Assembly: GCA_037481835.1 (NCBI GenBank)
Contig: JBBFKW010000001.1
Coordinates: 32,001-96,000, forward strand
Direction of reading: 5' to 3'
Origin: Desulfosoma sp.
GTDB lineage: Bacteria > Desulfobacterota > Syntrophobacteria > Syntrophobacterales > DSM-9756
Length of the DNA stretch: 64,000 nt
The notes under the pieces are model-generated. The model was not told the DNA's origin. It worked only from the letters and a program-made list of their open reading frames with translations, and did no database searches. A program made the position numbers and the translations under genes. Shown in pieces: positions 9,130 to 19,235 of this stretch (the first letter of the stretch is position 1; the number at the start of each line of letters is the position of its first letter).

Positions 9130-9960
9130 TCAGACAGCCTGCGCATAGACCCACACGGTGGGAAAGGCGAAAAGGAGGCTGTCCAACCGGTCCAGGAGGC
9201 CTCCGTGGCCCGGAAGGAGCGCGCTGGAATCCTTGCATCCCGCCATGCGCTTGAGGAGCGATTCCATGAGGTCTCCTGCCTGCCCCACCAATTCCGTGAG
9301 AATGGAAACGGCCCCGAGCGCCGCCACGGACGCTCCGGTGTCCCGAAGAAAAAGCACGCCGAAGATCGTCCCCACGACGGCCGAAGCCGCCAAGCCCCCC
9401 AGGGCGCCTTCCACGGTTTTCTTGGGGCTCACGGCTTCGTAGAGCTTTCGCCGCCCAAGGGTCTTTCCCGTATAATAAGCGCCCACATCCCCGGAGACGA
9501 TCACCACGAGAACGAAAAACACCCACGCCCGACCGCTTTCCAGCGCCCCGAGAAGCATGACGAAGGCCAAGGGCAGGGCCACGTAAAACCAGCCGCCCAG
9601 GGTGACCAGGCCGCGGTGGAAAGCGTCCCGCGTGAGGGGCGGCCGCGCGAGCTGTTTCGCCCAAAGGGCGAAGACGGCGCCGACCGCCGAAGCCAGGATG
9701 CCGGCCGGCCCGAAAAGCCAGGCCGCCGGAGGAAACACCGCCCCCACGACCAGGGAAAACACGAGATCCCGGCGCGTCACGGGCGGGCATTGGGCCATCA
9801 TTTCGTATTCCCAAAGCCCTACGGCGGCCGCAAGGGTCACCGCGAGGACCCACAGCCACAGCGGGCCGTAGAGCAGCATGGCCACCAGGGGAAGGGCGAG
9901 CCCGAGACCCGTGACCCAGCGTTTGGCGTGGGAACTCCATGGGGTATTGACCATGAGCAC
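9130..9960 (-). CDS. cdsA: Phosphatidate cytidylyltransferase
   Basis: SPKKTVEG and KDSSALLPGHGGLLDRLD. Confidence 0.96.
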   Translation of the reverse strand: MLMVNTPWSSHAKRWVTGLGLALPLVAMLLYGPLWLWVLAVTLAAAVGLWEYEMMAQCPPVTRRDLVFSLVVGAVFPPAAWLFGPAGILASAVGAVFALWAKQLARPPLTRDAFHRGLVTLGGWFYVALPLAFVMLLGALESGRAWVFFVLVVIVSGDVGAYYTGKTLGRRKLYEAVSPKKTVEGALGGLAASAVVGTIFGVLFLRDTGASVAALGAVSILTELVGQAGDLMESLLKRMAGCKDSSALLPGHGGLLDRLDSLLFAFPTVWVYAQAV

Positions 9961-9982
9961 CGCTTTCCGGAGAAGGCTTCGG

Positions 9983-10023
9983 CCCCCTCACCCTGCCCCT
10001 CTCCCCCCAAAGGGGGAGAGGGA
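9983..10023. repeat. BoxC-like palindromic repeat
   Basis: ccctcaccctgcccctctccccccaaagggggagaggg, near-identical to 42885-42927. Confidence 0.8.
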
Positions 10024-10266
10024 AAGAGAACTGGGAACGTCTCCCGGAAATGGCTATCCGCCGTTTCCGACACGGTTCTCCCAAACCATGAGGGTGCCGA
10101 AAACGGCTGGAAACGGCATTCCCGGGCAGCCCCCTGCAAGGCTGTCATCCCGTGGCGTTTCCCTGGAAGCGCGGGCGTTTCTCCCTCCCAGGATGCGCCC
10201 GGGAAGCCCGCGATCCCCGGGCGGCCGTGGGGCACGCACTCCCGGGAGAAATCTTTCTTCGCCGCG

Positions 10267-11031
10267 TCAGCGGGCCGCGGCGGAATCGGCGGAATCTTCT
10301 TCCGCGAGCTGTTCGCTGGTCTTGCCGAAACGGCGTTCCCGCCGTTGGTATTCCCTCAAGGCCTCCAGGAATTCCGGTTCCCGAAAATCCGGCCACAGTG
10401 TCTCCGTGATGTAGAGTTCGGCGTAGGCGATCTGCCAGAGCAGGAAGTTGCTCACCCGGCATTCGCCGCTCGTGCGGATCACCAGGTCCGGATCGGGCAT
10501 ATACGCCGTAAAAAGATAGGAAGCCAGCACCTCCGGGGTCATCTCGTGGGGCTCCCTTCGGCCCGCGCGCACGTCTTCGGCGAACAGCCGGGCCGCTCGG
10601 GCGATTTCGTGCCGACCGCCGTAGTTCAAGGCCAGGTTGACCGTGAGCTTGTCGAAATGGGCCGTGTCATGGATGAGCGCGGCGAATTCGGCGTAGACGT
10701 CTTCGGGGATGCCGTCGGGATCGCCCACATGGCGGACTCGGATTTCGTTTTCCATCATGCGGGGACGTTCGGACCGGAGAAAACGCCGGAACAGGTGCCA
10801 CAGGGCCTGGATTTCCCGCTGCGGCCGCTGCCAGTTTTCCTTGGAAAAGGCGTACAGGGTCAGGTACGGAATGCCGAGCCGCCGGGCCGTTTCAATGACG
10901 GCCCGCACCGATTCCGCACCCGCTTCGTGGCCCGCCACGCGGTTGAGCAGTCTTTTCTTGGCCCACCGGCCGTTGCCGTCCATGATGACGGCCACGTGGC
11001 GCGGCAGCCGATGGGGGTCGAGTCCATCCAT
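10267..11031 (-). CDS. uppS: Undecaprenyl diphosphate synthase
   Basis: HVAVIMDGNGRWA, YAFSKENW and RTSGECRVSNFLLWQ. Confidence 0.98.
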   Translation of the reverse strand: MDGLDPHRLPRHVAVIMDGNGRWAKKRLLNRVAGHEAGAESVRAVIETARRLGIPYLTLYAFSKENWQRPQREIQALWHLFRRFLRSERPRMMENEIRVRHVGDPDGIPEDVYAEFAALIHDTAHFDKLTVNLALNYGGRHEIARAARLFAEDVRAGRREPHEMTPEVLASYLFTAYMPDPDLVIRTSGECRVSNFLLWQIAYAELYITETLWPDFREPEFLEALREYQRRERRFGKTSEQLAEEDSADSAAAR

Positions 11032-11040
11032 GACATTTTT

Positions 11041-11598
11041 CTAGATCTCGAGGATTTCCTTTTCCTTGGCCGCGGCCAGTTCATCGATCTTCTTGATGAA
11101 GTCGTCCGTGATCTTCTGGACTTCTTCCTGGCCCTTGAACTGTTCGTCCTCGGAGATCTCTTTTTCCTTCTTCAGGTCCTTGATCATTTCGTTGGCGTCG
11201 CGGCGGATGTTGCGCACCGCGACCTTGGCTTCTTCGGCCATTTTCTTTACGAGCTTGACCAGCTCCCGACGGCGCTCTTCGGTCAGGGGCGGCACGTGGA
11301 TGCGGATGACCTTGCCGTCGTTCATGGGGGTCAGGCCCAATTCGGATTTCATGATGGCCTTTTCCACGTCCCCGATGCAGCTTTGATCCCACGGCTGGAT
11401 CATGATGGTTCGCGGCTCGGGCACGGTCAGTGTGGCCAGCTGGTTGAGGGGCGTGGGGGTGCCGTAGTATTCCACGCGAATGCCGTCCACCAACGACACG
11501 GACGCCCGGCCTGTGCGCAGCCGTTTGAAGTCCTTTTCCAGAGTCCCCACGGCTTTCTGCATGCGGTCTTTGGCGTCTTCAAACACTTCGTTGAGCAT
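11041..11598 (-). CDS. frr: Ribosome recycling factor
   Basis: [14 protein letters not shown] and PPLTEERR. Confidence 0.98.
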   Translation of the reverse strand: MLNEVFEDAKDRMQKAVGTLEKDFKRLRTGRASVSLVDGIRVEYYGTPTPLNQLATLTVPEPRTIMIQPWDQSCIGDVEKAIMKSELGLTPMNDGKVIRIHVPPLTEERRRELVKLVKKMAEEAKVAVRNIRRDANEMIKDLKKEKEISEDEQFKGQEEVQKITDDFIKKIDELAAAKEKEILEI

Positions 11599-12328
11599 CC
11601 GAGCCTCCCTCCACCAGGGTTCCCACGGGTTCCCCCGTGACGACCTTCGTGATGTTGCCGCTCTTTCTCAAGTTGAACACGATCACGGGCAGGTTGTGGT
11701 CCCGAGCCATGGAAATGGCCGTGGCGTCCATGACCTTGAGGTCCTTCTGGAGGACTTCGTCGAAGGTCACGCGCTCGTACTTGCGGGCTCCGGGCACCTT
11801 GACGGGGTCCGCATCGTAGACCCCGTCCACCTTGGTGGCTTTGAGGAGCACGGCGGCGCCGATTTCCACCGCGCGCAGGGCCGCCGCCGTATCCGTGGTG
11901 AAAAACGGCAGGCCCGTTCCCGCCGCAAAGATGACGATCCGCCCCTTTTCCAGGTGGCGGATGGCGCGGCGGCGGATGAAGGGTTCGGCCACTTCCTTCA
12001 TGTCGATGGCCGACTGAACCCGGGTGGCCACCCCGCGCTTTTCCAGGGCCTGTTGCAGGGCGAGGGCGTTCATGACCGTGGCGAGCATCCCCACGTAGTC
12101 GGCCGTGGCCCGGTCCATGCCCTGGGATGCGGCGGACACGCCGCGGAAGATGTTCCCGCCGCCGATCACCAGGGCCATCTGCACGCCCATCCGATGCACC
12201 TGGGCGATTTCTTCGGCGATCTCTTCCATCACCCGAGGCTCGATGCCGTAAGTGCCGTCTCCCATGAGGGCTTCGCCGCTGAGCTTGAGGAGCACGCGGC
12301 GGTAGATGGGCTGCGCTGTCCCGGCCAT
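11579..12328 (-). CDS. pyrH: UMP kinase
   Basis: [19 protein letters not shown] and [12 protein letters not shown]. Confidence 0.98.
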   Translation of the reverse strand: MAGTAQPIYRRVLLKLSGEALMGDGTYGIEPRVMEEIAEEIAQVHRMGVQMALVIGGGNIFRGVSAASQGMDRATADYVGMLATVMNALALQQALEKRGVATRVQSAIDMKEVAEPFIRRRAIRHLEKGRIVIFAAGTGLPFFTTDTAAALRAVEIGAAVLLKATKVDGVYDADPVKVPGARKYERVTFDEVLQKDLKVMDATAISMARDHNLPVIVFNLRKSGNITKVVTGEPVGTLVEGGSDAQRSV

Positions 12329-12329
12329 T

Positions 12330-12923
12330 TTAAGCCCCGAGCTGGTAGCGCACAAAACGGCGGATGATGATCCGTTCGCCCGTTTTGGCGATGAGTTCGT
12401 TCAGGTAGTCGGCGATGGTCTTGTCCGGATCCTTCACGAAGGCCTGCTCCATGAGGACGTTTTCTTCGTAGAACTTGCGCATCTTGCCGTCCACCATCTT
12501 TTCCACGATGTTGGCGGGCTTTCCCGATTCCTTGGCCTGTTCCACGAAGATGGCCCGTTCCCGTTCCACCACGTCCGCCGGCACATCTTCGCGCTGAATG
12601 CCTAAGGGATTGGTGGCCGCGATGTGCATGGCCAAGTCCTTGATGAATGTTTGAAAATCTTCGCTTCGGGCTGCAAAGTCCGTTTCGCAGTTCACTTCCA
12701 CGAGAACGCCGATTTTGCCGCCGGCGTGGATGTAGGCATGGACCGCCCCTTCCGTGGCTTCCCGGCCGGCTCGTTTCATGGCCACCGCAAGGCCTTTCTT
12801 GCGCAAAAGGTCGATGGCTTTTTCCATATCGCCGCCGGTTTCCTGGAGCGCCTTCTTGCAGTCCATCATGCCCGCGTTGGTTTTTTCTCTGAGTTCCCGT
12901 ACCATGCTCGATGTGATTTTCAC
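12330..12923 (-). CDS. tsf: Elongation factor Ts (short form)
   Basis: [19 protein letters not shown] and [11 protein letters not shown] start with a GAGGAGG RBS. Confidence 0.97.
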   Translation of the reverse strand: MKITSSMVRELREKTNAGMMDCKKALQETGGDMEKAIDLLRKKGLAVAMKRAGREATEGAVHAYIHAGGKIGVLVEVNCETDFAARSEDFQTFIKDLAMHIAATNPLGIQREDVPADVVERERAIFVEQAKESGKPANIVEKMVDGKMRKFYEENVLMEQAFVKDPDKTIADYLNELIAKTGERIIIRRFVRYQLGA

Positions 12924-13011
12924 CGGAAGTTCCTCCTCATCGCGTGTCGAACCCGCGGCGGACGGCTCATCCGCCGCCCGGATTCCCATCATTGGACGGC
13001 CGCGTCTTGTC

Positions 13012-13839
13012 CTACTCCTCCGCCGTGTCGGTCTCCGTCACGGGGTTGATGATTTCCACCTCGGGGCCGCCTTCTTCTTCCTGCAAAAGCATCCCTGCGG
13101 GCACTTCTTCCAGTTCCGGAGCTTCCTTGTCGCCCACGGCCTGGCGGGATTCTTCCCAGCGAGCCCGGCCTTCGATGCAGGCATCGGCGATCCGTCCCGT
13201 GATGAGCTTGATGGATCGGATGGCGTCGTCGTTTCCCGGAATGGGGTAGTCAATGACGTCCGGATCACAGTTGGTGTCGATGATGGCCACCACGGGGATG
13301 CCCAACCGGTTGGCTTCCTGGACGGCGATGCGTTCCTTCTGGGGATCGACGACATAGACGGCGCCCGGCAGGCGCGTCATGGTCTTGATGCCCCCGAGGT
13401 TTCGTTCCAGCTTTTCCCGTTCCCGAGCGAGCTTCAAAACTTCCTTTTTCGGGAAGCGGTTCACGCTGCCGTCTTCGAACATGGCGTCCAGTTCTTTCAG
13501 CCGGTCGATGCGCAGCTTGATCGTTTTGAAGTTGGTGAGCATGCCGCCGAGCCACCGATGGTTGACGAAGTACATGCCGCACCGTTCCGCCTGTTCGCGG
13601 ATGGTGTCCTGGGCCTGCCGCTTTGTGCCGACGAACAGGACGTTTTCGCCGGCTGCGGTCACATCGACCACGAACTGGTAGGCCGTGCGGAAAAGCTTGA
13701 CCGTGCGCTGCAGGTCGATAATGTAGATGCCGTTGCGGGCCCCGAAGATGTACGGTTTCATCTTGGGGTTCCAGCGGCGGGTCTGGTGCCCGAAGTGGAC
13801 ACCGGCTTCCAGGAGCTGCTTCATGGAAATGGTGGACAT
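13012..13839 (-). CDS. rpsB: 30S ribosomal protein S2
   Basis: [19 protein letters not shown] and PGNDDAIRS. Confidence 0.99.
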   Translation of the reverse strand: MSTISMKQLLEAGVHFGHQTRRWNPKMKPYIFGARNGIYIIDLQRTVKLFRTAYQFVVDVTAAGENVLFVGTKRQAQDTIREQAERCGMYFVNHRWLGGMLTNFKTIKLRIDRLKELDAMFEDGSVNRFPKKEVLKLAREREKLERNLGGIKTMTRLPGAVYVVDPQKERIAVQEANRLGIPVVAIIDTNCDPDVIDYPIPGNDDAIRSIKLITGRIADACIEGRARWEESRQAVGDKEAPELEEVPAGMLLQEEEGGPEVEIINPVTETDTAEE

Positions 13840-13849
13840 AAAATCTCCT

Positions 13850-13925
13850 CCTTTTGGTTTGGCCTCCATCCCGCGCAAAAACCCCGGACCATGGGGTCCG
13901 GGAACCAAAAGGGGCGGGATGTGCG
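13850..13925 (-). promoter_or_regulatory. rpsB (S2) leader RNA
   Basis: CACATCCCGC...GCGGGATG-GAGGC-CAAACC with TTTTGGTT/AACCAAAA pairing. The architecture resembles the known S2 autoregulatory leader. Confidence 0.6.
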
Positions 13926-14004
13926 GGCTGAGCTGAACCGAGGTTCTTTATCACAGGGGTTTTCCACGAGCAACCAAAATCCTTTCGAAAAAGGGGCAAA
14001 TCCC

Positions 14005-14820
14005 ATGCATCCTTGGGTGACGGAACTGGAAAAGCTGATCCGCTCGGCGGGGGAAGCCGTCTTGGACGTGTACCATTCGGCGTTCTCGGTGACCACGAAG
14101 GAAGACCGAACGCCGCTCACTCTGGCGGACCAGCGCTCCCACGCGGTCTTGACCGAAGGGCTGAGGCGGATCGCGGCGGACATTCCGGTGCTTTCGGAAG
14201 AAGGGGCGGAAATTCCCTACGAAGAGCGGCGCCGATGGCGCCGGTTCTGGCTCGTGGACCCCTTGGACGGCACCAAGGAATTCATCAAGAGAAACGGGGA
14301 ATTCACCATCAACGTGGCCCTGATCGAGGACGGCCGACCGGTCCTGGGATTGGTCCTGGTGCCCGATCAGGATCGGTTGTTTATCGGCGATGTGCAAAAC
14401 GGGTGCGTGGAAAAGAACCGCAACGGGGTGCGAGCGCTGCGGATCCAAGCGCCCGATCCTTCCAAACCCTTCGTGGTCGTGGCCACCCGCTCCCACCCCA
14501 CTCCGGACATGGAAGCCTTTTTTCGGCATCTGCCTCCCCACGAAAGGCTCCCCAGGGGAAGTGCCCTCAAGTTCTGCGCCGTGGCGTGCGGGGAGGCCCA
14601 CTGCTACCCGCGGTTCGGCCCCACGTGGGAATGGGACACGGCAGCGGGCCATGCCGTGGTGGAAGCCGCCGGTGGGGTGGTCGTGGACCCTCAAGGCACC
14701 CCCCTTCTCTACAACAAGCCCCATCTCGTCAACGGCTACTTCCTGGCGGGGCCCAGCCTTTCCTGGATGGAAGCCGCCGGCGTCCTTTCCGCCGCCGCAA
14801 AGGCCCTCGCCCCATCGTGA
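14005..14820 (+). CDS. cysQ: 3'(2'),5'-bisphosphate nucleotidase CysQ
   Basis: WLVDPLDGTKEF, GSALKFC and WEWDTAAGHAV. Confidence 0.95.
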   Translation: MHPWVTELEKLIRSAGEAVLDVYHSAFSVTTKEDRTPLTLADQRSHAVLTEGLRRIAADIPVLSEEGAEIPYEERRRWRRFWLVDPLDGTKEFIKRNGEFTINVALIEDGRPVLGLVLVPDQDRLFIGDVQNGCVEKNRNGVRALRIQAPDPSKPFVVVATRSHPTPDMEAFFRHLPPHERLPRGSALKFCAVACGEAHCYPRFGPTWEWDTAAGHAVVEAAGGVVVDPQGTPLLYNKPHLVNGYFLAGPSLSWMEAAGVLSAAAKALAPS

Positions 14821-14853
14821 CCGCCCGGCCGCTTCGGCCGAGAGGATGACGGG

Positions 14854-15303
14854 ATGAATCCACAAGAATTGGCAAGGATCGCAAACCTGGCCCAGGAGGC
14901 CGCCGAACGAGAAAGCGTGGTTTCGGAACTGCTGGGCGTGTATGTTTTCGGCTCCACGGCTCGGGGAACGGTGCGACCGGAATCGGATTTGGATATCGGC
15001 TTTTTGTTTCGAGAACCTTCCTACGTGAAGGACCCGGTGCGCTATTTTGGCGCGGCCCAAAGAATCGGGGCCCACATCGGCCGTACCCTGGGAACGGCGA
15101 CGGATGTGCTCATACTTAACGGCACGTCTCTGGAACTTGCCTATGAAGTCATCGCGCACGGCATCTGTTGTTATTCGCCGAACGTGGACGCGCGCCTGGA
15201 AAGGGAAGCCGCCCTTCGGGGGATGTACTTCGACTCCAAACCCTTTTTGACGCAGCTGCGGCGCCGTTACGTGGAACGCGGTAAGACACAGGGCACCCCA
15301 TGA
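14854..15303 (+). CDS. Minimal nucleotidyltransferase antitoxin (MntA-like)
   Basis: FGSTARG...SDLDIG (GS-x10-DxD). Coupled to the downstream HEPN gene. Confidence 0.9.
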   Translation: MNPQELARIANLAQEAAERESVVSELLGVYVFGSTARGTVRPESDLDIGFLFREPSYVKDPVRYFGAAQRIGAHIGRTLGTATDVLILNGTSLELAYEVIAHGICCYSPNVDARLEREAALRGMYFDSKPFLTQLRRRYVERGKTQGTP

Positions 15304-15728
15304 AATCCATCGCCAAAAAAATCGGCATCCGTTGTGAAAGATTGAGCCGACTCGAACACATCGCCAGCTCCGTGGACTCCTTCGCCGCCTACTCCCGGTC
15401 TCAGGACCTCAAGGACATCGTGGAGCGCAACCTCCAAATCGCCATCGAAGCCTGCGTGGATATGGGCGAAATGATCATCAGCCGAAAGGGCCTGAGAGAA
15501 CCCAAAGACACCAAAGACGTCTTCGTCGTCTTGGCGGAATGGGGTATCGTCGACGCCAAGAGCCTCGATTTTCTTATCCCCATGGCCGGAGCGCGAAACA
15601 TCCTGGTCCACGGCTATGACACGATTGATGATGCCGTGGTTTACGGGATTTTGAAGAAACACCTAAGCGACTTTCGTGTTTACCTGGAGCAGGTGCAACG
15701 TTTCGCCGACGCGGAGGAAGAATCGTGA
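15300..15728 (+). CDS. HEPN/DUF86 RNase toxin (HepT-like)
   Basis: RNILVHGY (R-x4-H-x-Y) and VERNLQIAIEACVD. ATGA overlap with the MNT gene. Confidence 0.9.
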   Translation: MKSIAKKIGIRCERLSRLEHIASSVDSFAAYSRSQDLKDIVERNLQIAIEACVDMGEMIISRKGLREPKDTKDVFVVLAEWGIVDAKSLDFLIPMAGARNILVHGYDTIDDAVVYGILKKHLSDFRVYLEQVQRFADAEEES

Positions 15729-15833
15729 AGGATTCTTTCTTGACATGCCGTGGAAGCCCATGGTATCGGATTTGCGCTTTATTTCGTAAGCAGTTTTTCA
15801 GGGCTTTTCCAGCGCAACGCAAGAGGGTGCGTG

Positions 15834-15887
15834 GTGCAGCGCGAGGTGATTTCCATTCGGTGGTCATGGTGGTGGCAGGCCTGGTGA
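15834..15887 (+). CDS. Trp-rich attenuator leader peptide MQREVISIRWSWWWQAW
   Basis: GTG start 6 nt after AAGAGGG and five TGG codons. Lies upstream of trpB2. TTGACA at 15740-15745. Confidence 0.85.
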   Translation: MQREVISIRWSWWWQAW

Positions 15888-15928
15888 CGAGCCTGCCCAC
15901 CTGAGATCTTTGACGACGCACAAGATCG

Positions 15929-15970
15929 AGAGCCGTGGGTGAGGCCCCCTCCCCATGGCTCTTTTCGTTT
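15929..15970 (+). terminator. Attenuator terminator 1
   Basis: AGAGCCGTGGG-T-GAGG / CCTC-CCCATGGCTCT followed by TTTCGTTT. Confidence 0.8.
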
Positions 15971-15980
15971 TGCAAACAAG

Positions 15981-16012
15981 GGCCATGGGGTGAAAACCTC
16001 ATGGCCTTTTTT
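15981..16012 (+). terminator. Attenuator terminator 2
   Basis: GGCCATGGGGT-GAAA-ACCTCATGGCC followed by T6. Confidence 0.8.
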
Positions 16013-16051
16013 GTCGCTTGTTCTCATCAACGTTCAAACCAAGGAGGCGGT

Positions 16052-17413
16052 ATGGAACAGATCAAGGTGTTTTTAAACGAAAGCGAGATGCCCCGGCAAT
16101 GGTACAACATCCAGGCGGACCTCCCCACGCCCCTTCGCCCGCCGCTCCATCCCGCGACGGGACAGCCCATCAAGGCGGAGGATCTGGCCCCGGTCTTTCC
16201 CATGAACCTCATCGAACAAGAAGTCTCCACGCAACGCTGGATCCCCATCCCGGAGCCGGTTTTGGAAAAGTACGCCCTGTGGCGCCCAACCCCGCTCTAT
16301 CGCGCCCGCGGCCTGGAAAAGGCCCTGGGGACTCCGGCCAAGATCTTCTACAAGAACGAGGGCGTGAGCCCTCCCGGGTCTCACAAGCCCAACACGGCCG
16401 TCGCCCAGGCCTATTACAACAAGGTTTTCGGCATCAAAAGGCTGTCCACGGAAACCGGGGCCGGCCAATGGGGCAGCGCCCTCAGCATGGCCTGCCAGAT
16501 GTTCGGCCTCCAGTGCCGGGTGTTCATGGTCAAGGTGAGCTACAACCAAAAGCCTTATCGGCGGAGCATGATGGAAACGTGGGGGGCCGAATGCATCCCC
16601 AGCCCCAGCGACCGGACCCAGGCGGGCCGCAAGATCCTGGCCGAACACCCCGATTCTCCGGGAAGCCTGGGCATCGCCATCAGCGAAGCCATCGAAGACG
16701 CCGTGGGCGATCCCGAAGCCCGCTATTCCCTGGGAAGCGTCCTCAACCACGTGCTGCTGCACCAGACCATCATCGGATTGGAAGCCCACAAGCAGCTGGA
16801 AAAACTGGGCCTCTATCCCGACGTGGTCATGGGATGCGCCGGGGGCGGCAGCAATTTCGCCGGGTTGTGCCTGCCGTTCGTTCGCGACAAAATCCACGGC
16901 AAGAACGTGACGATCGTCGCCGCGGAACCCACCAGCTGCCCTACGCTCACCAAGGGCCCCTTCCGATACGACTTCGGGGATACGGCCATGACCACGCCGC
17001 TTCTCGCCATGCACACATTGGGCCATGATTTCGTTCCGGCGCCGATCCACGCGGGAGGGCTCCGATACCACGGCATGGCGCCCATCGTGAGTCACCTCCT
17101 GGAAGAGAAGCTCATCGAAGCCCGGGCCTTCGATCAGGTGGAAACCTTCACGGCCGGGGTGCAATGGGCGCGAGCGGAAGGCTTCATTCCGGCGCCGGAA
17201 ACCAACCACGCCATCGCCGCCGTGGTCCAGGAAGCCCTGCGGGCCAAGGAAGAAGGCAAGGAAAAGGTCATCCTGTTCAATTGGAGCGGCCACGGCCTGG
17301 TGGATATGGCCGCCTACGACGCGTTCCTGTCGGGGAAACTCACCCGCTACGAATTGCCCGATGAAGAAATCCGGCGCGCTCTGGCGGCCACGGACGCTTT
17401 TCCCAAGCCCTGA
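16052..17413 (+). CDS. trpB2: TrpB-like PLP enzyme (tryptophan synthase beta, type 2)
   Basis: [25 protein letters not shown] and [18 protein letters not shown]. Confidence 0.95.
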   Translation: MEQIKVFLNESEMPRQWYNIQADLPTPLRPPLHPATGQPIKAEDLAPVFPMNLIEQEVSTQRWIPIPEPVLEKYALWRPTPLYRARGLEKALGTPAKIFYKNEGVSPPGSHKPNTAVAQAYYNKVFGIKRLSTETGAGQWGSALSMACQMFGLQCRVFMVKVSYNQKPYRRSMMETWGAECIPSPSDRTQAGRKILAEHPDSPGSLGIAISEAIEDAVGDPEARYSLGSVLNHVLLHQTIIGLEAHKQLEKLGLYPDVVMGCAGGGSNFAGLCLPFVRDKIHGKNVTIVAAEPTSCPTLTKGPFRYDFGDTAMTTPLLAMHTLGHDFVPAPIHAGGLRYHGMAPIVSHLLEEKLIEARAFDQVETFTAGVQWARAEGFIPAPETNHAIAAVVQEALRAKEEGKEKVILFNWSGHGLVDMAAYDAFLSGKLTRYELPDEEIRRALAATDAFPKP

Positions 17414-17505
17414 GCCGAAAAAGAAACGCCAAAGAACGCGGATGAAGCGAACGGTTTTTTTCGGTGGCGCCGGGTCACCGCCCCGGCCTGAAAGTGAAAC
17501 GAGCC

Positions 17506-17802
17506 ATGGAAGCGCAGGATATCATGGCGCGGATCGACGCGCTGGAAACCCGCTGCCCCAAACTGGGACACGAGGTGACCTTCGGCTATTGCCGGCGGGA
17601 AGCCGGGGCCCTGCCCTGCCCGCGGGCTCTGGGGTGCTGGAGCCATCGGTTTTCCGTGGATTTGGTCCTTCGCACGATCCTCGGCCCGGTGGCTTTTGAG
17701 GCGGCCTTCGGGGCGGAACCCAAAAGCCGCGTCCAGAACCTCATGGAAGCCATTGAAGCGGCCAAGGCCCGCTGCGCCTCTCCGCCTCACGGTGACTCGT
17801 GA
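17506..17802 (+). CDS. Small Cys-containing hypothetical protein
   Basis: RCPKLGHEVTFGYCRRE...PC...CW suggests a metal-binding site. Confidence 0.65.
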   Translation: MEAQDIMARIDALETRCPKLGHEVTFGYCRREAGALPCPRALGCWSHRFSVDLVLRTILGPVAFEAAFGAEPKSRVQNLMEAIEAAKARCASPPHGDS

Positions 17803-18039
17803 GCCTTAAGGCCGCCTCCTGCACAAGAGCCGCAAATGCAGGGTGGGGGGAGCCCGGCGACCCCCCAGCCCCGCACCCATCATGGAGCCCAACGCACCGT
17901 CGGCGCATCCGCGAAGGAAGCGACCGCTATGAAACTCGATCCGAACGCGCCGGACCCTCCCACATCCATTCTTTGTAGTCTTGGAGCGGCCCGCGACGGT
18001 GACCGAGCATGAACACCAATCCAATGAAAGGAGCGTCCC

Positions 18040-19023
18040 ATGCACCGCATCCACCGTTCGGCAAAGCCTTTCGGAATCATCGTGGGATTCTGTCTCCTGT
18101 GCGGCTTAGCTCCGCTTTTCCCCACTCTTGCGGCGGCCTACGATCTTCCGCCGGTGAACCTGGGCTTTACGAGCTTTCTCGACGGCGGGCCTCCCGCCGG
18201 TCCCGGATTCTATTTCACGCAATACATCCAGTACTGGACCTCCGATTCCTTCCGCGACAAAAACGGCGACCCTCTCTTCCCCGGCGTGGTGGACGAAGAC
18301 CTGTCCGTCTGGATCAGCCTCACCCAATTCATCTACCAGAGCAACCAGCCCGTGCTCCTGGGAGGCAAATGGGGCCTGGACGTCATCATCCCTTATGTTT
18401 CCGCCGACTTGGACTATGCCATTGACGCGCCGCTGCCGGAGGCCAACAGCGCCGGGTTCGGCGATCTCCTCGTCGGGCCCTTTCTCCAATGGGACCCCGT
18501 CATGGGCCCCGCCGGGCCGCGTTTCATGCACCGTGTGGAATTCCAGCTGATTTTCCCTACGGGGAAATACGATTCGGATCGGGAAATCAATCCGGGGAGC
18601 AACTTTTTCAGCTTTAACCCCTATTGGGCCGGCACCTTGTTCATCACTCCACGGTGGACGGCAAGCACCCGCATCCACTACCTCTGGAACGCCAAGAACA
18701 ACGACCCCAACCGGGCCTTCGCGGGAGCCGACGATACCCAGGCGGGCCAGGCCGTGCATCTGAATTTCGCAACCGCCTATGAAATCCTCCCCAAAAGGCT
18801 GCGCCTGGGCCTGAACGGCTACTACCTGAAACAGATTACCGACACCCAGGTGGACGGCCATGACGTGGGCGGCCGAAAAGAGCAGGTGTTCGCCTTGGGT
18901 CCGGGATTCGTGATCCATTTTTCCAAGGACACCCACTTTTTCTTCAACCTGTATTTTGAAACGGCGGCGGAAAACCGCCCGGAAGGCGAACGGCTCAACT
19001 TCCGCATCGTCCACCACTTTTGA
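18040..19023 (+). CDS. Outer-membrane channel, SphA/MetA-phenol-degradation (COG4313) family
   Basis: Signal peptide, GFGDL and PTGKYD motifs, amphipathic beta strands and a C-terminal Phe. Confidence 0.8.
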   Translation: MHRIHRSAKPFGIIVGFCLLCGLAPLFPTLAAAYDLPPVNLGFTSFLDGGPPAGPGFYFTQYIQYWTSDSFRDKNGDPLFPGVVDEDLSVWISLTQFIYQSNQPVLLGGKWGLDVIIPYVSADLDYAIDAPLPEANSAGFGDLLVGPFLQWDPVMGPAGPRFMHRVEFQLIFPTGKYDSDREINPGSNFFSFNPYWAGTLFITPRWTASTRIHYLWNAKNNDPNRAFAGADDTQAGQAVHLNFATAYEILPKRLRLGLNGYYLKQITDTQVDGHDVGGRKEQVFALGPGFVIHFSKDTHFFFNLYFETAAENRPEGERLNFRIVHHF

Positions 19024-19235
19024 GAGAGGCCGGGGGCTGGGCTCCCGACGGCGATCCGTTGGGCCGCAAGGCCCCCCTCCTACGGCCGAATCCCAATCGT
19101 TGGGCCTGCTGTGGCGGGGTTCGTAAACCCAGAGCCCACTGTCTCACACAAACGCGGGAGAGCGCCGGGATGAGGGGGCTTTGCCTTCCCCCATCCCGAG
19201 CACCCTTCGGACGCGGGGGGCTCCCCGCCCGGGCT

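Noticed and set aside
9046..11640. 864-aa plus-strand ORF and similar long antisense ORFs (27296-29968, 38700-40709, 55013-57031)
   Set aside because: These are stop-poor antisense shadows of real genes in high-GC DNA, with no recognisable motifs.
12754..14004. N-terminal extension of the cysQ ORF
   Set aside because: It is antisense to rpsB/tsf. The plausible start is ATG 14005.
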